DNA of 64,000 nucleotides, from the NCBI GenBank assembly GCA_012026655.1, contig JAAILG010000151.1, forward strand, positions 1-64,000, in the 5' to 3' direction. Both the position numbers and the translations under genes were made by a program. This DNA is from Hydrolagus affinis. Lineage: Eukaryota. This document shows positions 61,633 through 64,000 of this stretch, one piece after another. The notes under the pieces were generated by a model. That model worked only from the letters and a program-made list of their open reading frames with translations, was not told where the DNA came from and made no database searches. Every line of letters begins with the position of its first letter. Within the stretch, counting starts at the first letter, position 1.

Positions 61633-63914
61633 GAGTTTGCTTTCCTAAATGTGCTTGAAAATGCTTTTATTATTACCAGTGCTGTCAAAAAGGTGCTTGA
61701 GACCATCACGCAGATTTTATGCCATGAAGCGTCAGGGGTTAAGCCTATATTTAAGGAGTGTGGCTAATTCCAGCCAAACCCCCCCCAAAAAAACAAGCAA
61801 ACACTTATGATATTAAAACTGCCTTTGGTTGTTGAGATAAAAGTCATCTAACCACATGAACAGCCCTAAAGATACGGTCGCTCTTTGGGGAGGGGAGAAA
61901 TAAAATGGGGGTAATGTTAACTTTTTTTTCCCTCCCCTTGGTGTTCATAGACAAGCAAGCTTTTCTCTTCTGATGAAACGTGGCTCTGTTTGGGTCTGGG
62001 AGTGTATTGTCACATGCTTTGTGCAACTTTCAAGGCCCAATATCAGCACACAAAACCAACAGTGTGAGCTTCCAAAATGAGATTTTCTTATCGTTTCTTT
62101 CACTGTGGGGGTAATTGGAACTTAGCAGCATATTAAGAGGCTGATAAGTGACATTTGTATTTTGTTGTTTTGACCTGAGGGAAGCGGGAACGTTTTTGCC
62201 TCATCTTTTATTTGTCCTACTAATCCCTTTGATGTTTCTGCTGCTCCAAGAGTTCTGTATAGAGCCGAGCACAATGGTTAAAAGGGTTTTTGCTGTTTCT
62301 TGACCCGTCATCTTAAGAACTTGCCATTTTTTAGTCAATTGAATGGATCTCCTTCATTATCATTTAAATGAGCCCTGTATCCCTCCAAATGCTGCAATTT
62401 GAATGTGGTTGTAAAGCTGTGATAATTTGAAATATTCATTCCCTCAAGGGTAACATTTCAGAGGCACTGAATGCCATTGTTGCACATTCTCATATTTTTC
62501 TGGGTGAGATGGGAAAATAGGCTGGTAATTGTCTGCTAGCCGCTGGAATGGGTGCCCCGGTTAGCCCAGACATTGGCTCTAATTGTCATGGGGGGGGGAG
62601 CTTGCCTGATGAATCACGGTGTATGCGAACAGCAGTCGGGGCCAAATTGAGTGATATAGCCAGAGCTCTGTGCAAATTGGCAATTATTAGCACAGCAGAA
62701 AGGCTGGCAGGTGTGGAATGCCTTGCGAGCTTTTGATTGAAATAGGAAATAGCAAAATTTCTGTGATGAAGGCTATCTGATTAGAGCTGATGAAGCAGGT
62801 ATTGGCTGCTGTGCTCGGGAACCTGACTGGAGTGGAGGTGCAGCCATTATTGGAATATTTGATTAAATTCTGATTACAGCACTGGTCGATTATTAATTTC
62901 ATACCTGAATACTCTTTCAGCTACCACATGTTCTCTAAAGAGCCAATGATTAGTATCTACCTTAGAATAGAAAATGTTTCCACAATAGCGATTGCAGTGT
63001 TTTTTGTCTAATTTAGAGTATATTTCGAGCAGCAATTTGTCATCAAACATATGCTCGATGCCCCCCTGGATTTAAAAATTGCCAGTTTATTTTGCTGGTC
63101 ACGTGCAGGGGAGGTCATGGGATTGAAAGGGTGGCATGTTACACTAATGGGATTTGTTAGAGTGCTAATGGTATATCACACACGTTCCTCCTTCAACTTC
63201 CAAATCTCATGATTTTTTTCCCTTCCTAAAAATTAGAATTTTAAATCTTGCTCGGTTTCTTGCCGTGTCAGGGCTCCCCACTTTTAATTTTTTTATGTAT
63301 TTGAGGACAGGCTTACAGCGATTCAAATGAGACAAACCAGAGTCACCTCTGGGACACTGTAGTACCTACACAGTAATGAATCATCCCAGGTAAAACAGGA
63401 TGGCTGCAAAAAATGAGTCGTGTTGTTTGAAGCACATTGGGTCGCAATGCACACAGGAAAGTAGGAGTTTTTCTTTTACTTCATTGGGCAGACAGACACT
63501 GAGAGATTGACGATGTGATTTCTTTCAGTCTCTTGAAGTGATTTTCAGAACTGAAATGTGGAAGCCCCCCAATATTGTCCCATGATCACCCCCCCACCCC
63601 TTCTGTCCCCCCTCCTCCTCGCCCCCCCCCACCCAAAATGAAAATAGCACTCCCACTAATTACATTTAATTAGGATTGGTCAAACCCTGAAATGAGCTGG
63701 CTCGATGAGAATATGGAACAAAGGATATTGTTAAATGTTTGAGCCAAGTCTGTCACCAAGTCAGGTGGAGCTGGCAATAATAGCTCAGCCCCCGCTGCCT
63801 GCCTGCCTGCTTGCCCTCCCTCCCAGTGCTGGGTACTGTGACTGGTGTTGTAATTGTCTGGCCGTTCAATACTGACTCTAACCTGTGTTTTTTTCCGCTT
63901 CTCTTTCTCCCCAG

Positions 63915-63950
63915 AGTTCTGCACATTCATTTTCAGGACGAGGATACTCT
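63915..63950 (+). CDS. fbrsl1: 36-nt coding microexon (exon 4 equivalent) of fbrsl1: SSAHSFSGRGYS
   Basis: Long polypyrimidine tract ending ccccag| and donor |gtaagt, phase 0/0. It matches recalled human FBRSL1 SSAHAVSGRGYS at 10/12 positions, much better than AUTS2 SSAPSSLGTGYF. Confidence 0.93.
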
Positions 63951-64000
63951 GTAAGTCTTTGTAAATCTTTGAATATTACAGTCCAGCTCTCCGGAGTATC

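Larger units (their letters stand above)
52723..63914 (+). other. fbrsl1: GT-AG intron (11,192 nt) between the two fbrsl1 exons
   Basis: Starts gtaagt and ends ttctctttctccccag. Branch-point consensus ctgac/ctaac at 63872-63882. Splicing gives the in-frame junction ..DKLSD|SSAHS... Confidence 0.88.

Noticed and set aside
1-64000. Prokaryote-style novel system (CRISPR, retron, defence operon) or endogenous viral element
   Set aside because: The sequence is vertebrate intronic DNA with no long ORFs, operon structure, repeat-spacer arrays or viral protein motifs visible.

Overview
Vertebrate genomic DNA, most likely a cartilaginous fish. The SINE/LINE repertoire points to a holocephalan such as Callorhinchus, which is inference. 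None of the ORF-track ORFs is a real stand-alone gene. The window lies inside one large + strand gene of the AUTS2 family, best matching fbrsl1. Two phase-0 coding exons are visible: 52621-52722 (102 nt, MKVSSNRNGRNSEDDSVREANSSQRSSSRDKLSD) and a 36-nt microexon at 63915-63950 (SSAHSFSGRGYS). Everything else is intron: more than 52 kb upstream and 11,192 nt between the exons. The introns hold tRNA-derived SINEs with L2-type tails, many isolated L2 3' tails, L2/CR1/RTE LINE relics, Penelope-type palindromic elements with decayed hammerhead-ribozyme cores, one Tigger/pogo-type TIR, microsatellites, a 100-N gap and several candidate conserved non-coding elements. I found no convincing new multi-gene system. 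The most unusual signals are a templated inverted insertion flanked by 12-bp direct repeats (59923-60001, copied from 60829-60893), the Penelope-type fold-back elements, and covarying stem-loops across three L2-type tail variants. Family names and ortholog sequences are from recall, not from searches, and repeat boundaries are approximate.
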